From positions 124,001 through 188,000 of the forward strand of contig JALMLS010000484.1 in NCBI GenBank assembly GCA_038496445.1: a stretch of 64,000 nt of DNA. The letters are read 5' to 3'. Positions 1-12,301 of the stretch are shown here, in pieces (position 1 is the stretch's first letter; every line of letters begins with the position of its first letter). The translations under genes were made by a program, and so were the position numbers. The DNA is from Trichosphaerium sp. ATCC 40318 (Eukaryota > Protista > Tubulinea). The notes beneath the pieces are model-generated. The model did no database searches. It was not told where the DNA came from and saw only the letters and a program-made list of their open reading frames with translations.

Positions 1-248
1 GTAACTATTGTAAAGGGTACGTATAATATTAATATCTTTAAAGCTCTTTAATGACATTGACAAACAGTGGGGTTAATGGGGATACTTGCGAACGTAGAAA
101 TTGTGGATTATCTTATACAACTTTTTTGACTGGAATCGTTGTTTTTTCTGTCATTGGTGGTATATGTATTTTGGGTATAACAATAGCAACTATTGTAGGA
201 TTTGTATGTGCTTGTTTTCTTGCTATAAGAAAAGAAGGAGGAATATGA
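1..248 (+). CDS. 3' part of a small Cys-rich single-pass membrane protein, paralog of 2909..3445 (5' end outside window)
   Basis: Nucleotides 1-270 align with ~3190-3455, with the same intron position and TM segment (IGGICILxITIA). The cytoplasmic tail is out of frame relative to the paralog. Confidence 0.7.
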
Positions 249-567
249 CCTTGAATAAATACACGTAACTGACCACTACCAGCAAATTGATGCTATTATC
301 ACGTGATTGTACTTTCTTTGTTTTTCACCCTACACCTAGGAAACTGTGAGTAGGTATCACAGTTTCTGTCAATTGACCTTGCCTATTGTACATCAACCTA
401 CGTACAAGTTTTGGTCACATGATTTCTTCTTTTAGGCATTCTCTGAATAGAAGAAATCAAGTGACCGCATCCTTAATTTCGCCAGGAGCGTAAAGTACCA
501 GTAAAATTCTAAATCATTATCGAAATACCTCCTAGTAACTAAAAACGCGTAATATTGTATCAACAAG

Positions 568-1517
568 ATGGAATCCGAGACAATGAAGCAAGTTACACCG
601 TTTCGACACTCACCACCAGCAACAACAGTTTTGACGCTTAAAACAGATACATCAGTTCAAGACTTGGCACCAGAGACGTTAACACATATTTTACGCTATG
701 TAGATGTAGAAGACCTTATAACGAGTTCTACAGTATCTCACCTGTTTAATAACATCATTCGGCACAATATTGGCTTTGATGTCCTAACGTTACAAGGGCA
801 TCAGATTGTCATGTTCTAAAAGGAAGTCCGTTGCTTAAAAACACTGCAATTATGTGTTACAATATAAGATTGTCAGCAAGTAACTTGGGTTGCCTTTGTG
901 GTGTTCAAACAATAGAGTTAGTACAGTCAGGAGTGACAGATGAATGTATACTTGCAATGATGCAAGGAGGAAAACAAAAGATTCATGAAATCACGTTTCG
1001 AGGTGCAGAAATAACAGATGTCTCGTTAAAAGCACTTTCATCTGCACACACTATTCGCCTTTACCGCTGTCCCAATATTACTGTTGAAGGAATAAAAGCA
1101 CTCAAAGATGTACATCATATTTCGCTTGATGGTCCACATGATGAATGGCTTAAACACCTTAGTAACGTACACTCAATAGGTATAAGTAAAGGGGAGTTAA
1201 TAACAGATGATGGAATAAAATCACTTACAAACGCCAGACAACTTGCAATTGATTCCTGTATTGATATTACAGATAACGGTTTTAAGCACTTGGTCAATCT
1301 CAAACAACTCAGTATTTATTATGGTGCTAAAATATCAGATGAAAGTGTGAAGCACTTGGTAAATCTTGAGGAGCTTAGGGTTATTTCCGATTATTGCAAG
1401 ATAACAAAAGATTGTTTGAAAAACTTACAACACCTCAAAAAAATTCACTTCGCAGGGACAAAGCATATAACAAAAGATGATGCTGCTGAAATGGGTATTG
1501 AGTGGATGTTATTATAG
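568..1517 (+). CDS. F-box/leucine-rich-repeat protein with a frame break near 780-830
   Basis: ORF 568-819 has an F-box (DLAPETLTHILRYV); ORF 831-1517 has FBXL-type LRRs (ITDxxxKxL). The frames join with one extra nt (atgtt[t]ctaaaa gives MFLKGSPLLK) or via a weak 38-nt intron 789-826. Confidence 0.75.
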
Positions 1518-2908
1518 CCAACAATAAAAGAAACTGGTATGTCATTACCCATGGCAAGCAAGTACACATACAGTTTTGGTAACATCATCTCTGCGATGGA
1601 TAACTAGTAAAACATCTATTGATTTCTCACCCACATTGTGTTTTTTTTTTTCAGTCTACAAAACCGGATACCAAGCCAACGGCTACAAGCAAAGATTTGA
1701 AAAAAATATGAATCCTTAGGGATTTGAAATTGAAAAAACGCTATTTTGTGATAGCTCTAAGCCTGATTTTCCGGGACGGTTTGTGAACATGAGTAGCCCT
1801 TTTGCAACTCTACAAGCTATACCATGAATATATCATCATGCAGTACTTAACGTGAGCATAAGAACAGAAAGTCACGTGCATGCTACAAATTGGGAGTGAC
1901 ATTGTACAAAATAGGCTTAACCGTTTTGGTTGGACTTGTCTTTGGTAAGGTGCCTGTGGCATCACACCCACCGCTTCCAAAGGAAATTGCACTACCCCCA
2001 TTCCTTGGTTGTTGACCAAAAGCAGACAAATGCATTTAATGTCCTGGTAATTGGTTAAAATTGAAGTTAAATGAATAGCTGCATTGCACTCTTCTCTCCA
2101 TGTCTAATACATTACCAGCTGTAAACACATGTGTACGCCTTGAGTGTTGTCTCTTGGAAGGTGGACGTGCGCGTTCACTCAGTTGTAAGAAATTACACAC
2201 GTGATTTTCGACTCAAAAACGACTTCGACTTGAACCAAATTTTTTATTGTTTTGCAAAAACCGTTTTGGTAATATCTCTACTTTCAAATCCTTCGCACGT
2301 GAAGCTAGTTTTTTTTTTCAGACTTTTTTTTCGAACTGTGAGATACCATCAAATGGATGACGTTTTGTGAAGATCGGCTCATTTACCCGACGAGGACTTC
2401 TATAGACCTGACTGTAGTGAACAGTGGTCTAAATTGGCTTAGCATTCACTGTCCTATACACTGACAACGTCATCGATGTTATTTTGTTATGTATACGATA
2501 GTAACCATAAAATTTTCACGTCGTTGGCCGCTCCTGCGCTACTTTACTAATGGCGGTACGCAACAGTCACTGCTAAACGCAGAAAGACTCCTGAGTTTCA
2601 AATACTTGTGTTTGTAGTGCGATGTTGACTACAACAACGGGTGTGATTCTTCCTTTGAACCCGAATACTTCCCAACATACTGACCCATAACTCTCCCGAT
2701 ATCAAACTTCTCCAGTTTTCTACACTTTTTTCCCGTGTCGCTAGTAGACAACACCACTTAACAATTATGATGACTTAGTATTTTATCTTTATTTATCCAA
2801 TCTATAACCGCAGTACCTGCTTGGAAGGCCATCTCAGGCAAAAGCAGTACATAACCAAAAAAAACCAAAAAAAACCAAAAAAGTGTTTTAACGCAAACCA
2901 AGCCTTAT

Positions 2909-3445
2909 ATGACAACACTGGCGACTTTCACTTTAATTCTGGCACTTGTATGTTTGTCTTTCGCTCAAACTAGATTCAAAGCGCCGGTATCTACCACCCG
3001 CGCTCCGATGCCCTGTCCATCAGATTGCTACTGGAACGGCACCTTGTCTAAGTGTCTTTACGCTCCAGATGTGTTTTGTACGGGTTTTTTTCTCCTCAGA
3101 CAAAATGACAGTTTTTTCGATTTGACACTTTAAAAAGGTACTTGCAGTTCAAATGATTATGAACAATCATGTCTCAAGAGACCTGGATGTCACTATTGTA
3201 AAGAGTACATATAATATATTTGAAGTTCTTTAATGACATTGACCAACTGTAGTAACGACGGGAGCGCTTGTCAAGACTCAAGTTGTAGATTATCTTTGCT
3301 CGGACTATTACTTATAATCTCTATTTTTACCTTCATTGGTGGTATATGTATTTTGTGTATAACAATAGCAAGTATTTCATGGTGTGTATGTGCTTGTGTT
3401 TCTTGCTATAAGAAAGCGAAGGAGGAGGAATATGGCCTTGAATAA
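2909..3445 (+). CDS. Small Cys-rich type I membrane protein (3 exons)
   Basis: Signal peptide MTTLATFTLILALVCLSFA, Cys-rich ectodomain, GT-AG introns ~3078-3138 and ~3205-3252, TM helix, tail KKAKEEEYGLE. Confidence 0.8.
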
Positions 3446-3521
3446 ATACATGTCACTGATTAACAGTTCAGGTCACAATTTCATCAAATTTTTTTTGAAA
3501 TTTAATAATGGTACAACTATA

Positions 3522-3982
3522 GTGACGCTACACCGGTAGGACAAAGATCTCAGGTGCTGATCCTGATGCCACAGTTATGAGGTTTTTTTTCAAATTATTG
3601 AACTAGATCACTCTAAATGATACGAATTTTTTCCGTTTTTTTTCTATTTTTCATAGTTTGTTGATTTTTGGAATTGAGCTGTGGATTATCGACAAAAAAG
3701 ATTATCGATAATCACCTTATTCAGTTCGTTGTTACTCATAACCTGAATAATATCCATGCCTCATATTTGAAAAAATGGATGCTATCAGGTGTTACAATGT
3801 ATTTGTTGCTTATTACAATGTACTGAATGCTCATAGTGATGAGCAAATATCGGCAAAAAATGAGATTATCGATCATCTTTTTTGTCGATGATAAGGGTCA
3901 ATTCCTTTGTTTGTTATTATTTGAATTTTTTTGATTAATACTAGCGACCAGATTATAGCACCGTGATCACCGGTAGCGTGAG
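3522..3982. mobile_element. Decayed foldback/MITE-like element
   Basis: Imperfect inverted arms: gaattga..atcgacaaaaaagattatcgataatc (3671-3713) vs gattatcgatcatcttttttgtcgat..tcaattc (3863-3905); cgctacaccggt/accggtagcg near the ends. No clean TSD seen. Confidence 0.55.
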
Positions 3983-4276
3983 CGCTTTTAGTACTGACTT
4001 AATAGAAAATCCATTGGTACAGCTACAATCCTTAAGAGGGCGACTGCTCCGTTATTAACTTATGTACAAAGCTCTGGAGTCGGTTAATAGGTGGTAAAGT
4101 TCATCTTTCAAAAGGCACAAAAATTGCACGCTGAGCTTCTTGATTTGGAAATAGCCCAGTCTTACACATGCTCATGCTTGTTGCTCTAAGCTTGGGGTTA
4201 TAATTCATACGTTTAAGGGTTGTTAAGGTGTTATTAGTAACTGAAAAGGCCAATTGTGGGAACAGTAATCTAAAAC

Positions 4277-5719
4277 ATGGCAACAGACTCTATTGACGAT
4301 GTTGCTGCGAATGGAAGGTCATTACATCCTCTAATTGATTTATTTGCCGGATGTGGCGCAGTACGCTTCTATGTAGAATTTCTAGCGTAAAATAGATATA
4401 GGGCGCTTTATCTGTTGTTGTGGGTCATCCTTTGGACACTGTAAAGGTGAAATATTCAAGAAACATCTATATCTCTCCTAAATGTATTTACAGGTTCGAC
4501 AACAAAATAGTAGAGTAGCACAGACAATGTTACGTACCTTTGGTGATATTATTCGAAAAGAATCAGTACGTGCTTATTTGATCAAACACGCGCTTTCGGG
4601 AGTAATACTAACCCGTTATGCGCATTTTCGCTACTTTAGTTTGTGTACTTAGTTCCGTAACTCAAAACTAGGTTTTTGGGTTATTAAAAGGCGTAAAACC
4701 GCCTATGGTAGGCGAGGCACTCAATAATATGGTTGTTTTCGGTAGCTACGGATTCATGCAGCGGCTATTACAAAGTGACGTGTCAAAGCCACTGACACTT
4801 ACCCAAACGTGTATAGCAGGACTCGGTGTTGGTGTACGAATACTTTTTACCTCTAGTAGTTAGTTTCTACGCCTAAATTCCGAACATTACATTTCTAACA
4901 TTCTGTCACAACAGGTGCCTAGCGCAATGCTTATATGTCCTGTGGAGCATGTTAAGATTAAACTACAAATGCAGCAAGCTGAATCAAAACCTATAAGTGG
5001 AATAGCATTAATGGTATGTCAGGCAACGATGTTTTGGGGTTTTTTTGGTTTCTTTTTGAACTGCTAAATGCGGAACTTGTATTTAGTCTAATGTCTTATA
5101 GAGAGATATTATAAATAGACATGGTGTTGTACATCTATGGAAAGGTCAAGTTGTTACATGGTTACGAGATGTACCTTCTTTCGGTAAGCAATAACTGCTT
5201 GAAAAAGAAAAGAGAAGTAACATTAATTTTTTTTTCTAGGCATGTACTTTTGGTCTTATGAATTATTTAAAAGGCAACTTCAAAAATTTTCAAATAGCTC
5301 TGAGCCTTCAGCTCTAGCTATTATAGCAGCAGGATCAGCTTCAGGTTTGTAGTTGTTTTTAAGAGAGAAAAAAATAAGAATGTGAAGAGAAGGAAAATAC
5401 TAAGTATCTTTAGGTGTTGCATCATGGTTCTTAACATATCCTTTCGATGTAGTTAAAACACGGATACAAACTGCAGAAAAACCAGAGGGTTTAATTAAAA
5501 CTATGTCAGGCATTTATAAAAATGTACGTAACACGTGACTTTCAAAGAAAGAAAGCAACATTGATAAGTTTTTTAACTAATTTGGTTTAGGGTGGTTTGA
5601 AGAAATTATACGCAGGTGTGACACCTTGTTTGTTGCGGTCCATACCAACAAATGCAACTGTTTTTTTGGCTTATGAATTATTGGTTAAAGCAGGAAATTT
5701 CACATACTCAGCCTTCTAA
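4277..5719 (+). CDS. Mitochondrial carrier (SLC25), carnitine/acylcarnitine or ornithine carrier-like; multi-exon
   Basis: Three Px[DE]xxK signatures after splicing (GHPLDTVK|VR, CPVEHVKIKLQ, YPFDVVKTRIQ), plus RDVPSFG and RSIPTNA. Not in the ORF track because the exons are short. Confidence 0.9.
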
Positions 5720-7694
5720 GGCACACAATTTTTCTATCAATCCAATGTTTGACATTGTTTTTTTTGTAAAATATACTCTTCAAAACAAAACACGAAGATA
5801 ACCACTTAGAGAGTACCCAACCATGTATACACCTTTAATAACTTGTAGTACATATTAAAAAAATATAGTTAAAGGCAAAAAACAAAAGTCTATGTGTCAC
5901 ACGTGATACATTACAATGTCTCAAACAGAGTGTCAAAAAAATTGTGTTAAATTTCTTTTTTCTTTTTACTCTCTACACTGGCATCTGTTTGGTTTACAAT
6001 AGTTACACCTGTCAGTATAAGACCTACACCTACCCAATACCAGGATGATTTGACTTGCTCACCGAATAACAAGATGCCTATTGCGCTCTACAAAATATCG
6101 TCAAAGAGTTGTTACACGATGACTCTTTAAAAACGGCGTACTGTTGCTACAAAATTTACACCGTTGTTCATTACTACCTAGCGTTGTATATAAGATTAAG
6201 GTAAAGCGTTTGACGCACGCACAGCTCGTGCAGTGCCAAAAAGATTCATTGCTTTAGCAAAAAAATTAATCATAACGGCATTACATGCGACCATAGCCAG
6301 GATAAGTACTGCACGCACTAATAGTGCTGCCTGTAGTTTGATTTAACATTAATAACACCTCATAAGTACGTCATACTGTCACAGGCAACGCCAAATCATC
6401 TTTGGGTACTTTAGTACCGTTTGTAGTTACAAAAAAAACAGTTTCAGTACCCAAATAAGTGCCAAACGCTACTTTACCAATGGCCCCTGCTGCGGCAGCA
6501 ACCAAACCGCTTAGAATTGAATACGTTGGGCCAGCGAATAGTTGAGCCTAGTTGTGTTTAGGCCTTATAACGGACCAGTATATGTGCTCACCATACAGCT
6601 ATGCAGTTGCTTGCTTTCCAAAAAAAAATACTGGTCAGAGCCGTTCGGCAATAAAAACGCAGGTGGCCACTTCCAATGCGCACAAGCCGTACAGTCACTT
6701 GCTTGGCTTGACGTTCGTACATCGGAATAACAAACGACGTATTTTCCGTCCGCAATAACATACACGCGCCCGTTGCCTATTGTAGACCTCAAGTACGAAA
6801 ATAACCCAACACCACACTTGGGGTTTCTCTCAAACCGTATGTGGATAAGCCCCGACGCTGTAACAGGAGCTGACCCGCCAGGAGAGCCAAGTACGTTAAA
6901 ATTGGTTAAATTGCTGCAATGCCTTCAAAAAAGTCTTAATTGTCTTTCTAGCGACAGTTAGCAAGGCTAGATCATCACCAATGGCAAAACACCGGCGCGG
7001 TACTGCGCATGAAAGATCATCTGTCACTATGGTACGCTCTTATTTGATTGGTATACAAACAATACCACCAAAGGCGCCAAAAAACTATCTCTGCTTTGTT
7101 TTGATTTATCAGGCCTAAATTACTTTCATACGTGCATGAAAACTACGCCAACACCATTATAAAGGCACCTCTCGCTAATTAGTCCGTCAGGATCACGACA
7201 TATCAATTCGTCAAAGATCTTTCTCAGATGCTTCAGAATCAGCTACTCTACACTTTATACCGCGTAAACAGCGGGTACGTCGTTTTTTTTTTCTTCTTTA
7301 TCTTTATTTAGAACGTTTTGCGTTTCTTCCAGAAGTCAGATATTACGACACTATCTAAAACGAGGAATTTTTTTTGTTGTGTTTTTTTTGAGCTTTAATG
7401 ACCTTATACATTTTCATTTTTCACTGTTAAGATGTGTTTAATACTAAAGAAGTAATATCGGTCTTTAACATATCTTTTTATTTTGTGTTGTTGCTATGAG
7501 GTCGAAAACAAAAAGAACGAAAAAGTCATCTTTTTTTTTTAATTTTTCTTTTACTGGTTTATGACGCTTCTTGTTTTTGTTTGTTTATTTTTTCTGGGGT
7601 ACAATACCAATGTTTTATTTAGAGGGAGACAAATAAACTTCATGCTTCAGATACGTCAGGGCGTAAATATAGAGCTTTTCAAACACCGGATAAT

Positions 7695-10215
7695 ATGTCT
7701 GCAAGTTCAAGCCCTTCGTCTTCGCCTGTGCTTGCAAGCTCACTGGATAGACTTTCTCATTTTAAAGACACTTCAAAGCTAGAGCCTAAACCTTTATTAT
7801 CACGTGATGCAAAGCATGCACGGTTTTATAGAAACAGAATTGGTTCAAATGTTCAAAAGGTTCAAGCAAGTTCTGGTTTAACAAGAAAAGAAAGAAGTGA
7901 ACCAATATCAAGTACTAAGGGATTCGCCTTCGATAAAGAACAACCAAAAACTTATACAGTAAAGATGAGACCTCAGAAAAAGCCCCCACCTATACCTGAT
8001 AGACGCTCTCTAAAGAAGAAGTCACCAGCATCAGAAAGACGAAGATCTCCTACAAAAAAGTGGTCACCAGCGTCTGAAAGACGACGGTCTCCGACTAAGA
8101 AAAGACCTCCTACATCTGATAGAGGGCAATCATCAGCAGCTGAACGTCATGCTACACTTCAAAAACTGTCGCCATTAAAAGACCGAAGATCTTCTCGTGG
8201 TGCTACTAGAAATAATGATAGATGGGCTGAGGAGACAAGAAGAAGGTTAAGATCTCAGAGTCCTGTTAGAACAGCAATTTTAAGTCCTAAGAGACGTGCT
8301 GCTAAAGGAGTTCCATCTACAATAAGTCATATTGAGCGTAATAGAAGCTCGAGAACAAAATCACCTTTATTGCCTAGACATCCTTTAGAACCGTACGGAT
8401 TCTTACAGTTAAGTCTTGCTTTTTTTTAACTTCTTTTTAGGCCTTCACCACGTGTTCGTTGCTTGAGTGATTCATGGAGTTCTTTTTCTAGTAGTGATGA
8501 AAGATCTATGTGTTCTATTAGCACTATATCGCTTCCTAGGAGTGGATCACTTCGTAAAGCACTTAGTGTTGATGATTTGACTTCTTTTGGTGCACCTACT
8601 CCACGTAAATCGAATAGAAGTAAGCCACATTCTGCTCGTGCAATTGGAGTTATAAGAAGCTCAAAAACAGCCTCAAATACGGATGATGAGGTACGTTTAG
8701 TTTTACTTTTTGTTTGCTTTAGAATTGATTTTTTGATCTTGTCTGGATTTTATGGTGTATCGCTTAATGATACCAGATTATTATTGAAAAAAGGTTGATT
8801 TTCGTATAGGGTGATGTTAATAAAGATCCAAGAGTTAATATCGCATCGTCAGTATTCGATGGTTGGAACAAATTGTGCGTTTTTAAACTTTGGTTAAAGT
8901 CAGTCATATGATTTTGAAATCTTTTCTTTTTTGGTTTGGTTATCGATATCTCTTTTGTATTCCAACGTTTTTTTGTGGTGATCATGTATATGATTAGTGT
9001 TGTTCTTTTATTTGCTCACCAGAAATGTAGACTTAATCTATTACTTTAGGTTAAAGCGGAAGAATAAAAAAGATCAAATAGATAATGTCAATGCTGATTT
9101 TCTGAAGTGTACTGTTGACCCGAAATATGTTTCTAGATGGCAACAAGATTTTATTGAGGCTTCTGCAAAACTTTGGCATGAAACTAGTAGTTTTGCTGCA
9201 GATGTACGTCTTGAACAGCCAACAACTTTCCAATGAAAAAAAAACTAAAAATTGAAATTAAACTTAACTTACCGGATTTCTTAGGTCATACGTCTTGCTA
9301 AACGTACAGCTATTTTTACAGATCAAGACATCACATTTCGTGGTTCTAACTCAAAGAATCCACCACTCCAACTCGTCTGCACGTGTTTTTTTTGCTACTT
9401 TTCTATCACGTGATATATATTTTTTTTTGTATTTTTGTCTTTGTGTTGACGGTTTACCTTTAGTGAAGTTAGCTGAAGCATTAGATGACTCTAGTACTCG
9501 AGATATTGTACAGGATTACCTTAACGAAGACGAGTGTTGTGATATGGTGAAACAGTTGCAGCGCTTGTTTCACGACTTGTATATAAAGAACACTTACAAA
9601 GAACCAAGCACTATAATGATATTAAAGGTACCTTAACCCTTTTTTACCAACTATTTATTTTAACGGTATACTTACACATGGTTTAAACTAGCTTATCACT
9701 CAGGAGAAAGTTTTCCCAGCGTTTCAGTGTGTTAAAGCTACTATTTGTCCTAAACTTGCAATTGGTGTTAAGGATGTTCAGGGTAGCTGGAATGTTAGTT
9801 TCCGAGTTACACCTGAGTGTATAACGTACGTGACTTGTTTGAGCTCTTTTTAAATTAAAAAGAGTAAAAAGACGAAAGCAAGGCAGCAAACAAAGTCAAG
9901 TTAATCACTCTCTTTTTTTTTTTTCGGAGAAAACTCCTTATTTTTTTTCGTTCTTTTTGTTTCATTTTATTGACGATGTTTAGACTTGTTCATGCCAAGA
10001 GGCAAGCTACTAATGACTTGGCTGATCCTTCACGCCAAGATTTTGTATTTGATTGGGCTTTTACAGTAGATATATCATCTACAGACTATCACCCAACTTA
10101 TGTTAAAATTGGTATTGTTGATTTTAAAATCAATAATGATATCTCTCCAGATAAACAGAAAAAAATCACATCAATATTTAAAAAGCATAAGTCTATTAGC
10201 AATTGTAAGTTGTAA
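7695..10215 (+). CDS. Hypothetical multi-exon protein: Ser/Arg/Lys-rich N-terminus plus globular C-terminal domain (reminiscent of amoebozoan GlfB-like C-terminal domains)
   Basis: ORFs 7695, 8463, 8997, 9295 and 9970 link through GT-AG introns and one GC-AG intron (9379-9463). The domain resemblance is tentative. Confidence 0.6.
8012..8110 (+). repeat. Coding tandem repeat, ~39 nt (SPASERRRSPTKK) x2.5
   Basis: Visible in both protein and DNA (gtcaccagcatcagaaagacgaagatctcc / gtcaccagcgtctgaaagacgacggtctcc). Confidence 0.8.
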
Positions 10216-10387
10216 AAAAAGCTTGCTAAATTTTTGAAAATAACCATGTTTGTATGCGTAAAAACATAAAAAACAAATAAAATGTATCATAATGTAACAA
10301 AAAAAATGGCACGTGATTTGTTTGCGTGTGGTATGCTTGAGTGTGAGCGAAAAAAAAAGCACTAGAGCATCTGCGTACAACAACAGC

Positions 10388-10459
10388 GTCTTTCTAGTAT
10401 ACTGGCTAGTACACCTCGTTGTGGCCGAGGAGATCCTGGTTCGATTCCAGGGAAAGACA
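10388..10459 (+). tRNA. tRNA-His(GUG)
   Basis: Acceptor stem GTCTTTC/GAAAGAC, anticodon arm CCTCG-TTGTGGC-CGAGG, T arm CCTGG-TTCGATT-CCAGG, discriminator A. G-1 is not encoded, as is usual in eukaryotes. Confidence 0.95.
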
Positions 10460-10842
10460 AATAACTCTTTTTCTCTTTTTGCCATTCGATTGTTTTTTTG
10501 CTAAAGTATTCAATCTTATCTGTTTGTTTTGGTAATTAGAATTGAAAAATGTGTTTTCGTAGCGCTACTAAAGTGCACCTTCATGTTCATGAGAAGTCAT
10601 CAAAACATGACTAAATACAACTTTTTTGCGAGTTTTCTGCCACTTAAAGTACGTTATTAAGCAACTGTTGAATAGTGACCTATTTATTATGTTTAGTACA
10701 TACACGACGACCATTTTTCTTGAGCACAGAAATTGTACAATAATGATTAGCGAATTGTGGAAGTTTTTTACGAAAAACGCACCAGAAATTATTTTTACCC
10801 GAAATTCTATTTCTTCTCGATTTTTAAACCAAACACCGCGTG

Positions 10843-11706
10843 ATGCACCTTATCACAGAATTATGCGTTGTGTTTGTATTCCTATTAGCGTTATCAAGCG
10901 CTCAGCCTAGAAATAAGGGTCCTATACCCGACTTTGGCTACAAACAGATCAATTACATATCTGCGTCGTGTGAGGGTTGTCATAAAGATGTATACTCCGG
11001 TAGGTTTGTCTTTTGCAATGGACACTTCAAGGGAGCAACGAAAACCGGTTGTAACTGGGTGGGAGGTCCAGGAGAGTGTACAGGGCCTAGAGGAAGACCG
11101 CATATAACGCGAGAGGAATGCAGGAGCCTTTGCGACGCCGATTCGCGTTGTAGGTTCTTCAATTTCTTGACAGGGCAACCTGATTTCTGTCTATTGATAT
11201 ACATGGAGACTTGCCACCCTGTGCACTTTCAGAGGTACATGGTAGAGATCTACCAGAGGCCTAAATACATATCTTTCGAAAAACGAGGCTCCGGCTTCGC
11301 CTTGGATGGTCATCCTGGTGGAAGGAGTGGACAAAATGTGCACTTGGTTAGAAGGAACAAAGCTAACAGAAACCAACATTTCTTCGAAATACCGATAAAT
11401 ACAAATCACGGGTTGTTCTATTCTTTTCAGAAGAGGTTTACAAATCTTTGTATTGATGGTTCTAGTGGTGCTGCTAATGGTAAAAATGTACACATGATTA
11501 CTTGCAACAATGCGAACAAAAATCAGCATTGGCGTAAAAAAAAGTATAGCATTTGGTTACCATGGTTAAGTAAGTATTATTATCTCCAAAAAAGAGATAC
11601 AGATTATAGAATTGATGGAAGCAGCAGAAGTGCTAGTGGTCAGAATGTTTTCATGTGGAGAAAATCTAGAAGTAGCCAAGTTTTCAAGCAAATAACAGTA
11701 GAGTAA
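10843..11706 (+). CDS. Secreted lectin: signal peptide, Cys-rich PAN/apple-like domain, ricin-B beta-trefoil; intronless
   Basis: Hydrophobic leader, EECRSLCDADSRCRFF motif, and three (A/I)(L/I)DG..G.NV..NQ(H)W/F subrepeats. Confidence 0.85.
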   Translation: MHLITELCVVFVFLLALSSAQPRNKGPIPDFGYKQINYISASCEGCHKDVYSGRFVFCNGHFKGATKTGCNWVGGPGECTGPRGRPHITREECRSLCDADSRCRFFNFLTGQPDFCLLIYMETCHPVHFQRYMVEIYQRPKYISFEKRGSGFALDGHPGGRSGQNVHLVRRNKANRNQHFFEIPINTNHGLFYSFQKRFTNLCIDGSSGAANGKNVHMITCNNANKNQHWRKKKYSIWLPWLSKYYYLQKRDTDYRIDGSSRSASGQNVFMWRKSRSSQVFKQITVE

Positions 11707-12301
11707 ACGACATAGACTAATAAACACGTGGGTTTTTTTTCACTTTTTTTTTTGACAACGCAATGATAACATCATCAAATAACACCTTGGTGGCTATTGG
11801 GGACATGAACATATTCTCTAATTAAATCAATATCAAGTGGATGCGTTCAATACACTCATGCTCTCCAAGTTAGACAGGTACGGTCAAATTAAGGAGTTGC
11901 TAGTTTATGATAGAAATAAATATTGTCAAAAGGATTTCCCCGCTAAACACTTATTTCCCCGGCTAACTAAATAAATGTTAAGCACTAGGGCTTTTTCTAC
12001 TCGTGACTAGTCAATAAATTACATTACAAGCAGCTTGTTATGAGTATTTCTTTGGGAAAAATAAGCTCCATTTTTCACAGAACCCTTGAATTTACCTTAC
12101 GCAATTTCTTGTCATACACGGGCTATGTGTTTCTCCCCATATTTTATTTTAAGTGTACTCTCAAACCTTATGGCTATTTGAAGCAGGTTCTTGCTTTACA
12201 CACAGTTTGCCTTATTTGGTTTTTTTGACAAAACTTAATCGCCGGTGTGTCTGTTTCTCCCTTTTTACCTAAAACTCAGTATACTTCTTACCCCTTCACC
12301 T

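Noticed and set aside
6400-7050. Cluster of short overlapping ORFs in slightly GC-richer DNA
   Set aside because: No recognisable domain, splice chain or RNA structure found.
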